Part shown: positions 47,358-59,054 of the stretch, one piece after another | Position numbering within the stretch: the stretch's first letter is position 1 | How the letters are laid out: every line of letters begins with the position of its first letter | Source: Diplonema japonicum | Taxonomy: Eukaryota > Protista > Euglenozoa: Diplonemea | DNA: 64,000 nucleotides | Assembly (NCBI GenBank): GCA_964019335.1 | Contig: OZ025735.1 | Coordinates: 1 to 64,000, forward strand | Direction: 5' to 3' | Position numbers and translations under genes: made by a program | Notes under the pieces: model-generated | The model's database searches: none | The model's input: only the letters and a program-made list of their open reading frames with translations | Told to the model about the DNA's origin: nothing

Positions 47358-48206
47358 ATGTTTGGGACACCAGCGACCGCACAACTAGACGAAGAAGCGC
47401 GCAGGAGAGACGAGAAGAGGAAGCAGGAAGATGAACAACTGCGCAAGAAAGCAGAACAAGAAGCACTAGAAGAGGAAAGGCGTGGCAAGGAGGAACGCAA
47501 GAAGAGAGATGAAGAGGTAAGAAGGAGGAAAACAGAGGAGCTGAAGTGGGAGGAGCTGGGCCCGAGTGTGGTTGAGCAGCTGGCGAAGCCGCCGCCGTCT
47601 GTTGTCGACGAGAAGAGTGTTGTGGGGACTGCCATGAGCGCGTGGCACCTAGACGAGAAGACAAGCCAAGCGGCGTACACCACCAATAGCCTGAGGGAGG
47701 GCCGTCTGCAAGGCAAGAATACCGTCACCTTAAAAGAACTGCGGTCAGTCGGTGTGGGCTACTGGAAAGTGACACTAAACGACTTCACTGTTGTCAACCA
47801 GATGTGCAAAGAGCGCAACTATAAGCAGCTAGACGAGATCAAGCTGCACCAGACGGCAAAGGACGAAGGAACGCTCTCCAAGTGGTACGCTGAGCACTTC
47901 AACGACGATGAGCAGATTTACCTCGTCATCGAGGGTTGCATGTACATCGACGTGCGCAGCCAGGAAGACACATGGGTCCGCATGTCGCTAACTGTCGGCG
48001 ACCTAGTTACCATCCCCCCTGGTGCCTACCACAGGGTCACGCTCACGGAGGAAGACTACGTTTGGATCATGCGCCTCTTGAAAGACTCCTCTCGCTGGGT
48101 CCCCGTAAACCGCATGGAAAGGGCCGCCGAGAACCACCCTACCAGAGTCAAGTATCTCTCGGCCTTGAAGCGCGGGGTCATTGCCACGGAAGCCGGTCTG
48201 CTGTAA
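47358..48206 (+). CDS. ADI1: Acireductone dioxygenase (ARD)-like cupin with N-terminal coiled coil
   Basis: EHFNDDEQI..G..Y.DVR...D.WVR....GDLVTIPPGAYHR, RVKYL. Confidence 0.75.
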   Translation: MFGTPATAQLDEEARRRDEKRKQEDEQLRKKAEQEALEEERRGKEERKKRDEEVRRRKTEELKWEELGPSVVEQLAKPPPSVVDEKSVVGTAMSAWHLDEKTSQAAYTTNSLREGRLQGKNTVTLKELRSVGVGYWKVTLNDFTVVNQMCKERNYKQLDEIKLHQTAKDEGTLSKWYAEHFNDDEQIYLVIEGCMYIDVRSQEDTWVRMSLTVGDLVTIPPGAYHRVTLTEEDYVWIMRLLKDSSRWVPVNRMERAAENHPTRVKYLSALKRGVIATEAGLL

Positions 48207-48300
48207 AGTAGTACTTAGATTTAGTTATTCTTGTTCGTAGTTACACGCTCCGAGACGCCCTTCCAGAATACACCGACTGGGTGGGTCTTTATTCCTTAAG

Positions 48301-49349
48301 ATGAGCGCGCCGATGTGTCGCAGCAGGACAGAAGATTTCCTGTTGAAGAGAAGGAATTTGCGTGGGAGGAGACCCCTGCCACCGAGTCTGGATGGGAGGG
48401 ACGACCACCCGTTGATAGCGGGCTCTAGCCACACGATACAGATGAAAGACTGCTGCATGCCAGAGTGGGTCGATGCCCTGGATGAGGCGAAGGATGGCGA
48501 AATCTCGTTGCGAAAGTCATGTATGCAAAGCACAGTAACAACAACCACGACACAGTGAAAGAGCTGGAGCTCCTGCACACTAAGAAGGCGCAACCCGCTG
48601 CCCTGTTCAGCAAGCAGGAGGACAGCGATAATGTCGCCATACAGATGCTCTCTGCGCAGATCTCATCGCAGTTCAAGAAGTGCGATGGACTGATCAAGCG
48701 CCTGGGGACCATGACGGGGGGTGCAAGGAACAGCGAAGAAAAGCAGAGCATCGAAAACGTGCAGCTAGCGATTGCCACGCAGCTGAACGAGCTTTCAAAA
48801 GATTTCCGAACGAGTATGCCAAAAGGAAGGCAACACACCGAAACATAACAACAGTGCAACGAAATTTCCTTAAGGCCGAAAAGGATCGTAGGGGGAAGTC
48901 CCTGCTGGCACCTTCTGAGGAAGCTCTTCGGTATGGCACAAAGTAGTAGCGTAATGACACACAGATGGGAGCAGGAGGACCAGCTGCAGATGAAGCAAGA
49001 AGCGCTGAAACTGAAGAACAAAAACCTCACTGACGAGCAGATCGAGATGCTGAAACTGAACGAAGAGCTGGTCGGGCAGCGTGACCAAGAACTCAACGAC
49101 ATCATGAAGAACCTCACCGACATCCACGAGATGTTCACCGATCTCAGTGCGATGGTGATCAGCCAGGGCACCATGCTCGACAGGGTCGACCAGAACATCA
49201 CAAAGGCGCACGACAGTGTGTCGCGTGGCGTGAAGGAGCTCAAGAAAACAGAATCCCACGCTGCGAACACACGCTTCAAACTCATCGTGATGCTCCTTCT
49301 CTTCCTCATCCTTCTCTTCTTCATCGCCCTTGTGGTTCATAAATCGTGA
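48301..49349 (+). CDS. STX16: Qa-SNARE syntaxin-16/Tlg2; 3 introns
   Basis: SRTEDFLLKR, PEWVD, SNARE motif DL..MVISQGTMLDRVDQNI, C-terminal TM. Introns 48521-48555, 48814-48854, 48931-48964. Confidence 0.85.
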
Positions 49350-49447
49350 TCCAAAGTGTTTGCTGGCCGTCTCGCTTCCTCTTACCACCTGTGCCACTTG
49401 TTTATTTTCATTTATCAAGCAACCAACCAACCTTACCACAGAAGAAG

Positions 49448-50209
49448 ATGAGCGACGTGCGCGCGGTGGTGCAGGAGATCGTCGAGTATGTGCGGGGAGA
49501 CGACAGGTTCCAGACGCTGACCTTCGATTTCAAAGGGTGCCGTGTTGTGTATAAGGCACGTGTGGGGACAAAGGTCGACTGGGGGCGTGCGGACACAGCT
49601 GTGAAGAAAGAGGTGGAGGAGAATACCCTGCCGCAGAAAATTTGGCCCGCATCGTTCCCGATGGCGGAATGGCTGGCCGGTGAGGGGGGCAAGGAGGTCG
49701 AGGGGAAAGTTGTGGCAGAGCTGGGCTCCGGGGTGGGTCTGGTGGGGATGGTGGCCGCTCTGAAAGCCGACAAGGTAGTGATGAGTGACCTGGCTCCCGC
49801 ATCGGTGGCACTGTGCAGCTTGTCATTGGAACTTGAAGGCAACGAGAGTATCAAAGACAAGTGTAAGGTAACAAAACTAAAGTGGGGAACACCTTCAGAC
49901 CACGAGACGGCCTTGGACCTCGCACAGGCGCCCTTTAACTGTGTTATTGGCGCTGATGTTTTTTACTTCCGTGCCTCGCTCAAGGCAGGCCTCGCCACCG
50001 CCTCTGCCCTCCTCTCCAAGGGGGGTATCTTCTACTGCGCCTCTGCTGTGCGTTCTGACCAGATGGAAGATGCCCTGCACGAGGTGGCACCCTCCGATGA
50101 ATGGGACTTGCTAGAAGAGCCCGCCAAGTTGGTTTGCTCTGCAGAGCACGAAGGACAAGTGCACAAAGATTTCGAGGGTGTCCTCCTCTTTCGATGGATG
50201 AGGAAGTAA
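49448..50209 (+). CDS. Methyltransf_16 family protein methyltransferase
   Basis: KIWPAS, VAELGSGVGLVG, VVMSD, LKWG, IGADVFY. Confidence 0.85.
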   Translation: MSDVRAVVQEIVEYVRGDDRFQTLTFDFKGCRVVYKARVGTKVDWGRADTAVKKEVEENTLPQKIWPASFPMAEWLAGEGGKEVEGKVVAELGSGVGLVGMVAALKADKVVMSDLAPASVALCSLSLELEGNESIKDKCKVTKLKWGTPSDHETALDLAQAPFNCVIGADVFYFRASLKAGLATASALLSKGGIFYCASAVRSDQMEDALHEVAPSDEWDLLEEPAKLVCSAEHEGQVHKDFEGVLLFRWMRK

Positions 50210-50363
50210 ACACCCGCCCTACCGCTCGTTCTTGGGGGTTCCCTTGAACCCCCCCCTAGCCAGTCCTTTGTTTCATATTTTTGTGCTTTTTTTTCTTCTT
50301 CCCCCCCCCCCCCCCCCTCCTTCAATGCTTTGTATCATATATAAATAAGGGGGAGGTTGAAAG

Positions 50364-51310
50364 ATGAACCGGAGCAGGCAGCTTGCCTTCAGGGCCACCC
50401 CGTCCTTGTTGGGGGGGGCGGACAACCCGTATGTTGCGTGGGCAAGATCGGGGGCACCGTCCACGTCGGGCAGCAAGTGGATCACAGACGCGACCATCAG
50501 GCATCCTGAGGACGAGAAGTGGGGCCCCACAAGGTACTCGGGGAACGAGGTCCCCACCATGGCACAGTTCATCTCCGCCTTCAATGAGGCGCACCCAACG
50601 ATCGAGCCGCTGTACCACCCACTGCTGACTCATAACCAGAAGATCACGAGGTTGTATAAGAGAGCACTGAGGGAGCTGCTGAGTAAGATGCCAAGGATAC
50701 AAGAGACCACTGGCACCTTCGGGTTCTATGCTAGACAGGTGAGAGCTGAGTTCGAAAAGAACAGGAACGTAGATGCAGGTACTGCTGAATGGTACTTCGT
50801 CAGGGCAATCAATTACATAGAGCACTCCAAGCAGGAGATTTACTACGGACAGGACTGGTTCGTTGGCCGCACTTCTTACGGGAGGTACGGGCGGGTCACC
50901 CCCCCCGACGAGTTCACCACCTTCCCCCACGGTTTCGACCCTACTGAGGCGTATAAGCTAATGAACCATTATGAGAAGTTTGGGATACCCTTCATGCCAA
51001 GAATGGCGCCTTTCATTCACCCGTCCACGTACCTCTTGAAGCCAGCTCTGGTATGTGTTGGGTTTAAGATACACAATCTAAACAGTTGGGTCGCCCCCTG
51101 ATGATGCGGAGGTTCTATGACTACTTCATCAAAACCAGTTCTTTCATGTTGTTCGCTATAGCCATGGGCTGGGTCATGGTATGATGCGTTTTGAGGGGAG
51201 GGATTTCGAAAAAAAAAAAAATTTTTTTTTTATATCAGACTGGATCATTTTTTCCTGGTGTTGAAAAATCTGTATCGCGAGGCCACCCGAGTGCGAGGGT
51301 TTTGGAGTAG
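50364..51310 (+). CDS. NDUFB9: Complex I LYR-family subunit NDUFB9-like, extended; 2 introns
   Basis: LTHNQKITRLYKRALR..VRAEFEKNRN..GRTSYGRY. Introns 51051-51085 and 51179-51238 add a hydrophobic segment and a stop at 51310. Confidence 0.75.
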
Positions 51311-51833
51311 AAAAAGAGAAGTATTTTTTATCCCCCCTCCCTTTTTTTTTTATTTACATTCATTTTCTTTGGTCCGTATCTTTCTAGTGTGTTTTTTTTT
51401 TACCCCCCCCTCTTTTTTTTTTCTTTTGACCCAAAACCTGTATATGTTTAAATTTCTTATTTTATATTTTCCTTTTCCACCAAACGGGTTTTAGTGTACA
51501 TTTACCGCTCCCCTCCCCTCCCCATTTTCTTTCTTTTTTTTTTCAACTAAAAGCATAGTGTTCATCTCCCCTCTTCTTTTTTTCCCCATTTTTTCTTTTC
51601 TCCTACACCACGCATGCCCTTGTCCTGGTATGGTATTTTTTTTTTTTTTTTTTTTTGTTTTGTTTCATTTCATTTCTCTTTTTTTTTCCCCTGTTGATTT
51701 TCGCTTTTAAAAAAAAATATATATATATATATATTCAAAAACTACAGGACTGGGCATCTCTTTTATTCTTGGGTAAAAGAAAGGCAGGGTTCGAAGGATA
51801 GAAAAAAAAAAGAAAAAAAAAAAAAAACATAAA

Positions 51834-52624
51834 ATGCAAAGCACACAACCTGTTGCAGCGCCTGTGGGGGCGCCCGCCCCAGCTCAAGCAGCGGCAGTGC
51901 CAGCAGCTGCAGTTGCAGTTGCAGCTGCACCGGCTGCCTCTACCCCAGCTGCCCCTGTAGCACCTGCTGGTGCCGCCGCGCCGCCTGCAAACGGACAGGC
52001 AGCATCTGCATCCGCCGGCACAACCACAAAATGCAGCAAATGCGGGCAGACCCAGCAAGCATTGAAAGCCGCTAACCTGAGACTGAAACCCTGCCCTTGC
52101 AGGAAGGTATTTTTTTTTCTAAGAAAGTGTAATGTCATCCCCCTCCCCTCCCCTCCCCCCTAAAGGCCCAATACTGCAACCAAGACTGCCAAAAAGATGA
52201 TTGGAAAAGGCACAAGACGGAGTGCACTTACAGCCGGCCACGTGCGGTATGTGTTGAAAAACTTATCAAATTTATTATTCATACTTGAAACCCTGGGTGG
52301 GGGGACAAAAAAAATACTACACTTTTTCTTCAAAAACACGTGTCCTTCCCCCCCCTTTTTTTTCTCTTGAACCCTGACTGGGGTTTCGAGTATGGTTTAT
52401 GTTCTTTTCTCTTTCTCCCCACAAGCAAAGAAACCACAGAAGCCTGCGCAGTCCGCAGAGGCGTCGGCCAGCAAGGAGACCCCGGCAGCGACCGGGAACA
52501 GCGGTGCCGTGGGAAGCGCCACAGCAGTGCAGCAGCCACAACAACAACAACAACAACAAGCGCCTCACGCGCAGCCTCTGAAGAGCCCGAACATCCCCCC
52601 CGCACAGAATCCATCATTTGTATG

Positions 52625-52656
<32 letters not shown>

Positions 52657-53414
52657 CAAAAACGACAAAAAAAAAAAACAGGAAAAAAAACAAATGCAGC
52701 CGAACGTGCATAACTTACCGAAGCCGACGTGGGGAGGGGCCTCCCAACGTCCCAGCACCTCCCACACCTCAACTCCTGCGGCACCTCAGCAGAGTTCTCA
52801 GCAGACTTCTCAGCCACCACAGCCACCGCCAAGGGCCCCACCTGCAAGAGCCAAGCTGGGGTATGCCGTTGCATCCTTTTCAACACACACAGGAGCGAGA
52901 CACAAGGGTTGGTAGACAAGAACAACCTCAATGCCGTGAGGCAGTTGATAATACAGGTATGTGGTTTGCTGGATAAATAAAATTTATTTTTTTTTCCCCC
53001 CAGGTAGCGCAGGACCTCCCCGGGCTATCAGAGATCATCGAGCTCTGGGCGAGAAGGCAGCCGCAGTTGGCGCACCAAGTACTGCAGCCCACACCCATGG
53101 CACCTATCCTGCAACAGGGGATGAACCAAATGGCTTCACCTATGCTGCCCCAGCAAATGCTGTCCATGCAACCCATGGGCCTTGGGCTGCAGCACCCTCT
53201 TATGATGCCGGGCATCAGCCTTATACCTAACACCAACCTTGCCATGGGAAATATGGCCCCGACAAACAACCCTTCTCTTGCTGGCCTCCAGGCGGCTAAC
53301 ACCTCCCTTCAAGGCCAGTTGAACCTACAGGGCTCCCCATTCCAACTCGCCACAGGCGGTGTTATTAGCCCTATCGCATCTGACTCCTTGAGATTCAACC
53401 ACCAGGGTAGGTAA
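51834..53414 (+). CDS. MYND zinc-finger protein with low-complexity A/Q/P regions; about 5 introns, 3' end uncertain
   Basis: CSKC...CPCRK|AQYCNQDCQKDDWKRHKTEC after splicing 52107-52165. Further introns at ~52247-52430/52439, 52620-52699, 52861-52892, 52957-53003. Confidence 0.7.
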
Positions 53415-53483
53415 GAACTTTGGTTTCCCCTCTTTTTTTTCCCCCCTCCTTCTGTTGTTGCTTCCCCCATCTCCCACAGTGTT

Positions 53484-53514
<31 letters not shown>

Positions 53515-54699
53515 GGCTCAATTTCTTCTGTTTTTTTTTGGGGGGGGGAGTTTTTTTTTTATCGGGAGGGGGAGGTTGGGGTGATGCACAAAAAATATGA
53601 GAATAAAAGGAAATAACTATTGTTGCTCAAGGCCTCCCCCTCTTTTTTTTTTTAAATATTTTTTTTGGGGAGTAACCTATTCTGAACGCTAGGGAAAAAA
53701 AAAAAGAAGGGAAAATTTTTTTTTAATTTGTTTAAAAGAAAGGGACAGCAAAAGAGAATCAGTGTTTTTTCAGAGCAGATGAGGAAATCTTTTTTTTTCT
53801 TTACAAAAAAGATTTTTGTACCTCCCCCCCCCAAACACTTTAAATAAATAATACTGTAAAACAGGTAAGACGAAGAAGGGAAAAAAAAAAAGAGAGCAAA
53901 CTGGGTTTCATTACCCCCTTTTTTTTATTCTATTCTTGTTATCATATTTTTTTTTTCTTTTTACTTATGTAAAGCTTTCCAAAGCCACTGGCTGTGTTTT
54001 TTTTTTTTTTTTTTTTATTCTGCGAGACACTTCTCTCTTCCCTTCATCCATCACCGTTTTTCTTTCTGTCTCTTTTTCTCTTTCCCCTTCTCCATTTTGC
54101 GCAACCTGGCCCCTTTTATCCCTCCCCCAAAGAAGGAAGAGAAAAAAAGTAATGAGAAAAGAGAGGGAAAAAAAAAAAAAAAAAAAAAAGTGGAAGATAT
54201 CTATGAGAGTTGAGGTACGAAGTTATATGCCCTCTCCTCCTTGCCCCCTTCCACTCCCCCCCTTTGGTTCTTGGGTGGGTTCCCTTTTGTCCACCCTCAT
54301 ATAACGAATTTTTGTGTCTTTCTGTTTCTCTCTCTTTTTTTTTCTCTCTTCTGCAGATTTCGAACCTCCCGTCCCCCCCCCATTTTTTTTAGCTAACGTT
54401 TTTTTTTTTTTCCTTCTTTTTCTATGAGAGTTTTTTTCCAAAAAAAAAAATATTTCTTTTCTCTTTCGTAAGGAAGAAAAGGAATGAAGAAGAAAAAAAA
54501 AAGAAAAAAAATGAAAAAAAAAAAGTAAAAAGAAAATACGGAAAAAGTGACCAATACAAAATACTGCTTATACGTTTTTTTTTTTTTTTTTCCTTCTTTT
54601 TTTTTTTTTTTCCCTGTCTCTTTTTCCATTTTTTTCTCCTTTTTTTTTTAAAAAAAAGAATTCTTCTTTCCTCATTCCTTTTCTGTGTTTTGTCGGTGG

Positions 54700-54741
<42 letters not shown>

Positions 54742-55835
54742 CGAAAAGATAAAAGGCAAGAAACCTCCTATTTTGTGGGCATGGTTTGATCACCCCATTT
54801 CCTATCCAAAAAAGAACTTTTTTTTTTTCATGTCTCCCCCCTTATTATCCTTTTGTTCCTGGGCTTGCACCCAATGACCAGTTTCCTCAGTACGCGGGAA
54901 TGTTGGCAACGTGCTTACGGATTTTGAACTTCCCCATGTTCTACCCGGGCACGCGCAAACAACAGCTAGTTTCTTTTTTTTTTTTTTTTTTCCTTCTTTC
55001 GCCATCCCCCCCCTTTTTTTTTCCTGCTTCTTTGAAAAATATTTTTTCTTTTATCCCTTTCTTAGTTTTTTTTTCTTTCTTTTTTTTTCCCGAAGTGTGT
55101 TCAGAACTGTTATTTAAAGAAAGCGAGAAAAAAAAAAGGAAAAAAAAAGAAGAAAAGAAAATAAAAGAACTGTCAAGATAGTTTACCCTTTCCCTTCTCT
55201 TTTTGATTGCATTGCAGGGTGGGGTGGGGGGGGGGGGGAAATTAGCAGCAAATAAAATAAAAAAAATAAAGAAAATAGTGTTCATCTCCACTTCCCCTCC
55301 TCCCACCACTTTTTTTTTTTACCCCATTTCCTCTGGCACAAGTACTTGCCTTACACACGCAACACAGCTGGAAGCCATTTCTTTTTGTTATAAAAAAAAA
55401 AGAAGAAGAAAAAAAAAGAGGCTTATGCATTTTGGGGATAAGACTTCACCTCACACAGCACACTCACTGGTACCCCTTCCCCCTCTTTTTTTTCTCTCTT
55501 CTGTAACCCCACCCCACCTCCACCTCAAACCCTTTACAAGAAAAAGAATAAAGAAACAAAGAGGGGTATAAATACACATACAAAACACACTCACCTTTCT
55601 TCTTCCCTCTGTCCATGTCCCCTCTTTTCACTCCCCCATTACTCACCATTCTTTGTCCTCAGTGTTTTTCTTTTTCTTTTTTTTTTCCCTCTTTTTTTTT
55701 ATTTTCTTTTTCTCGTTTCATTTCATTCTTTTTATTCTGTGGGATCTAAAAAGAAAACGAACGTGTGGAAGGAGAAAAAAGAAAAAAAAAGGGGGGGGAA
55801 AGCGCAAAAAAAAAAAAAAAAAAAAGAAAAAAAAA

Positions 55836-58024
55836 ATGGCTGGTGATGCATTTGAGAAGGACGTCGAAAGTGAGCTGACGTGCCCCGTGTGTCTAGGGTT
55901 GTTTGAGAAGCCGCAGCGGCTGGACTGCGAGCATGCGTTCTGCCAGAAGTGCCTACAGAAGCTTGTCAAGCAGGACTCAGTGATGCTGAGTTGCCCTGCG
56001 TGCCGTAGCGTGACGACTCTGCGACTGCCGGGGTTCTTGGGAGTGGCACGGCTGCCTATGGACTTCCGCTTGGTCCGTCTTGTTGAGAAATATTTAATGA
56101 AAATCGGGCCAGAGGAGCTAAGCGACGAGGAAGGCGACCCCCCCGAGAGCCAGGCAAAGCTCGTTCCTGCCGCAGAGTTCGTAGAGTGCGTGCCCTTTGA
56201 GCACATCGACCTCGCACCCTGCTCAGAGGTGATGCACGGGTACACGCAGTTCGACCTTAGCATCGAGCGAACCCAAGACATGTTCGATAAGTGGAAAAAG
56301 AACCTCTGGCTGTGCCCCACCGACTTCCCCAAGAAGGCACTCCTGTCGACCGTTCGCATGGTGTCTGTCCCCTTCTACGTCTTCAGCGTCAAGACACAGG
56401 TGGACTTCAAATCTGCGGTGGCCTGCCCACAGGATGGGAAGGCACCTGCCACCACCGTCAACACCAACGAGGAGGTCATCACTTCGCGCATATCGACACC
56501 CATCATGATTAACAACAACGACCCCTGCAGCAACCACCCTTCGAGGCGCTGGATACACAGCGCGGTCGGCAGCACGATCCTCCACAAGACCACCGTGACG
56601 CACCCCGCCCCTGCGAACACCAGCTGGGGCACCTGGCTGTGGTCCCAAGCGCAGCCCATTCTGCCGAGCAAAGCGGCAGCCCTTCTCCCGCCCCCCCAGA
56701 ACTGCAAGGAGGACCCTTTGGCCACATCATGCAGCGCTGCTCCTACCTGCTCCTCTTCGTCTTCTGCGTCTTCGCCTGCCCCCAGCCAGCAACAAAAAAA
56801 GTATACTATGAAAGTGGACAACCTGGAAATAAGTACTAAGGTAGCAACACACCACATAACACCACATGCACACACTGCACAGGTCGGCCAAACGTACGTC
56901 TCCTCGACACAGCCCATGATACGGAATCTGTCTTTCAGTGGAAAACACAACAATTCCTTCACCAACATGCTAGTGTGCGCCTCGCACGCAGTGGACCAGG
57001 ACCTGGTGGCGGTATGGAGCACAAGGCAACTGACAACCACAGGCGCTCATGACGGGGCACAGCAAGGACGAGGACCTCTCGTTGCTGACGAGCATCAAGC
57101 TGCCGCCGCCTGGGAAGGGCGACAACGACGAGTACCTGAAGAACATATTGGAACTGATCACAAAGAGTTCGGGGATAAAGGAGGACAAGACAAAGGATGT
57201 GCAAGAGGAGGACGAAGAAGAAGAAGAGATGGAGAAGAACGGGCCAGCGGGACAAGCACAAGCACAAGGGCAGGGTCAGGGGCCTGCTGAGTGCAGCGAC
57301 CCTTCTGTTGTGTATGAGGAGCTGATGAGCACACCTGCTGCAGGGAAGAATGAGGAAGACGGTTTCCCAGACTACCTGCTGCACACAGACCAGAGTGAGG
57401 GTGTGAATGCCTTCTTCGATGAGGGCGACACTGTGGGAAGTGAGGCGCCTGAGATGCCAGAGCCGGACTCGACAGTTGACGGGGCAGGGCGAGTGCTGGC
57501 CACTGCTTTGGAGAAACAGGACTACTTCTCACCAGCGAATGCGTCCCTCCCGCCACCCCAAGAGGACGTCACGTTCTACGGCAAGCCGGAGGTGCTCTCC
57601 CCAGAGCGCAGGTCAGAGGACGCATGGAAGGAACAGATATGGCCTCATGTCCAGGACAAGGAAATATCCTTCACGCGGTCAGTCATAAAATCCATGGAGC
57701 CAAAGGGTGCCACCCTAGAGTCCAGCGATGTGGAGCTCACCGTAACTGAGCTGAAGCAACGGTATGTGGAAAAAAGAAAAGAAAAAAAAAAAAAAAAAAA
57801 AAAAAAAAAACAGGGCAGTATTGATCCCTTGCTACCTTGCTACTTATAAATATGAAGGCAAGACCTACGACCTCATCATCCATGGGCGCACTGGTGAGGT
57901 GCATGGGAAGAGGCCCTGGATAGGCTCTTCTGCTTACGACTCGGTGAAACGGGAGGTTGAGGGGCAGGTCTTCAACGTCAAGCATTACATTGAAGAATCA
58001 CTGGACCATTTCGGAGTCAAGTAG
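55836..58024 (+). CDS. C3HC4 RING-finger protein with a bacterial-type C-terminal domain; 3 introns
   Basis: CPVC..F..P..L.CEHAFC..C...CPACR; C-terminal IPCYLATYKYEGKTY...HGRTGEVHGKRP. Introns 56841-56882, 57012-57042, 57762-57813. Confidence 0.8.
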
Positions 58025-58607
58025 AATTCGGGCGCCTCCTTATTTTTCTTCCTTCTTTTCTTTTATTGTTTATTTGTTCCATAATTCTTCCCCCCCCCTT
58101 TTTTTGTGCCATAAAAAAGAGAGAGAGAGAGAGAAAAAAAAAAAAAAAGACCAGGAAGACCAACCTTTCCCCTTTCTTTCTTCTTGCGTTCCCCCGTCCC
58201 CACCCTCGTTGATTTTCTTTTTCCTGTTTCAATCTAACTTTATTTTTTGTGTGTGTCACTTAAGCGGGGGGAGGGGGGTATCTGGTTACGTTGAGATCTA
58301 CTACTTATTGTTGGAAAAAAAGGGGAGGGGGGGGGGGGGGGGGGGGGAGGCACGTGTTTCTTTCTCTTCTTATTTCTTCTGCCAATTTACGCCCCCCCTT
58401 CCCCCCTTATACACTCATTGTTGACTACACTCAATATGCAAAACAGTTTGATCTCTTTCCCCCTCGCCCCTTCTCCCCTTTTTTTTTCTTCCCCTTCTCC
58501 CACTCCTTTAAAACCTTCTTACCTTCCGGCTTTTTTTTTTCCCCTTCTTTTATTTGCTCTTAGCATGTTGCTTTGCCCCCCCCCCCCCCCCCCCCCCCCC
58601 CGGTAGG

Positions 58608-58764
58608 GCTATGCTGGCAGGAAACGTTTCCGTTTCCGTATCCGTTTCCATGTTTTCAAAATTCTTATGGAAACGGCTATGTTTCTGCCCAAGGAAACAG
58701 CCCCAAAATAGGGAAACGTTTCCGTATCCGTTTCCGTTTCCCTTTTTTTCAAAAAATGCATAGC
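58608..58764. mobile_element. MITE copy 1 (GCTATGC...GCATAGC ends, GGAAACG repeats) with a 6-bp flanking duplication GGTAGG
   Basis: Homologous to 63424-63589; ggtagg at 58602-58607 and 58765-58770. Confidence 0.65.
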
Positions 58765-58853
58765 GGTAGGGGGGGGGGAGAAAATAAAAAAAATACCAGG
58801 TTATTCATCTTTTTCTTTTTCTTTTTTTCTTTCTTTCTTTATTACATCTAAAC

Positions 58854-59054
58854 ATGTTGATGAAGGGTGCTTCTGCTATTGGTGGCATGGCCTTGGGTTT
58901 CGTCATGGCCCCTGAGATGGTGTTGAACACAAGAAAGGTACATGATTAAAAAAAAAAAAAAAAAAACTTGAAGGTCTCTTTGAAATCAGCAATCATGAGA
59001 AATGTTGAACAAGATGACCAAATGGGGGATGCACCCATCTTTCTTCATCATCAG
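58854..59054 (+). CDS. First two exons of a small, incomplete or decayed gene
   Basis: ATG 58854, phase-0 intron 58938-58973 (36 nt), donor cag|gtatg at 59055. Encodes MLMKGASAIGGMALGFVMAPEMV...; downstream exons not identified. Confidence 0.35.

Noticed and set aside
53500-55800. F/K-rich ORFs and an isolated coding-like island at ~54870-54965
   Set aside because: The ORFs are homopolymer artefacts. The island may be a distal exon but cannot be assigned.
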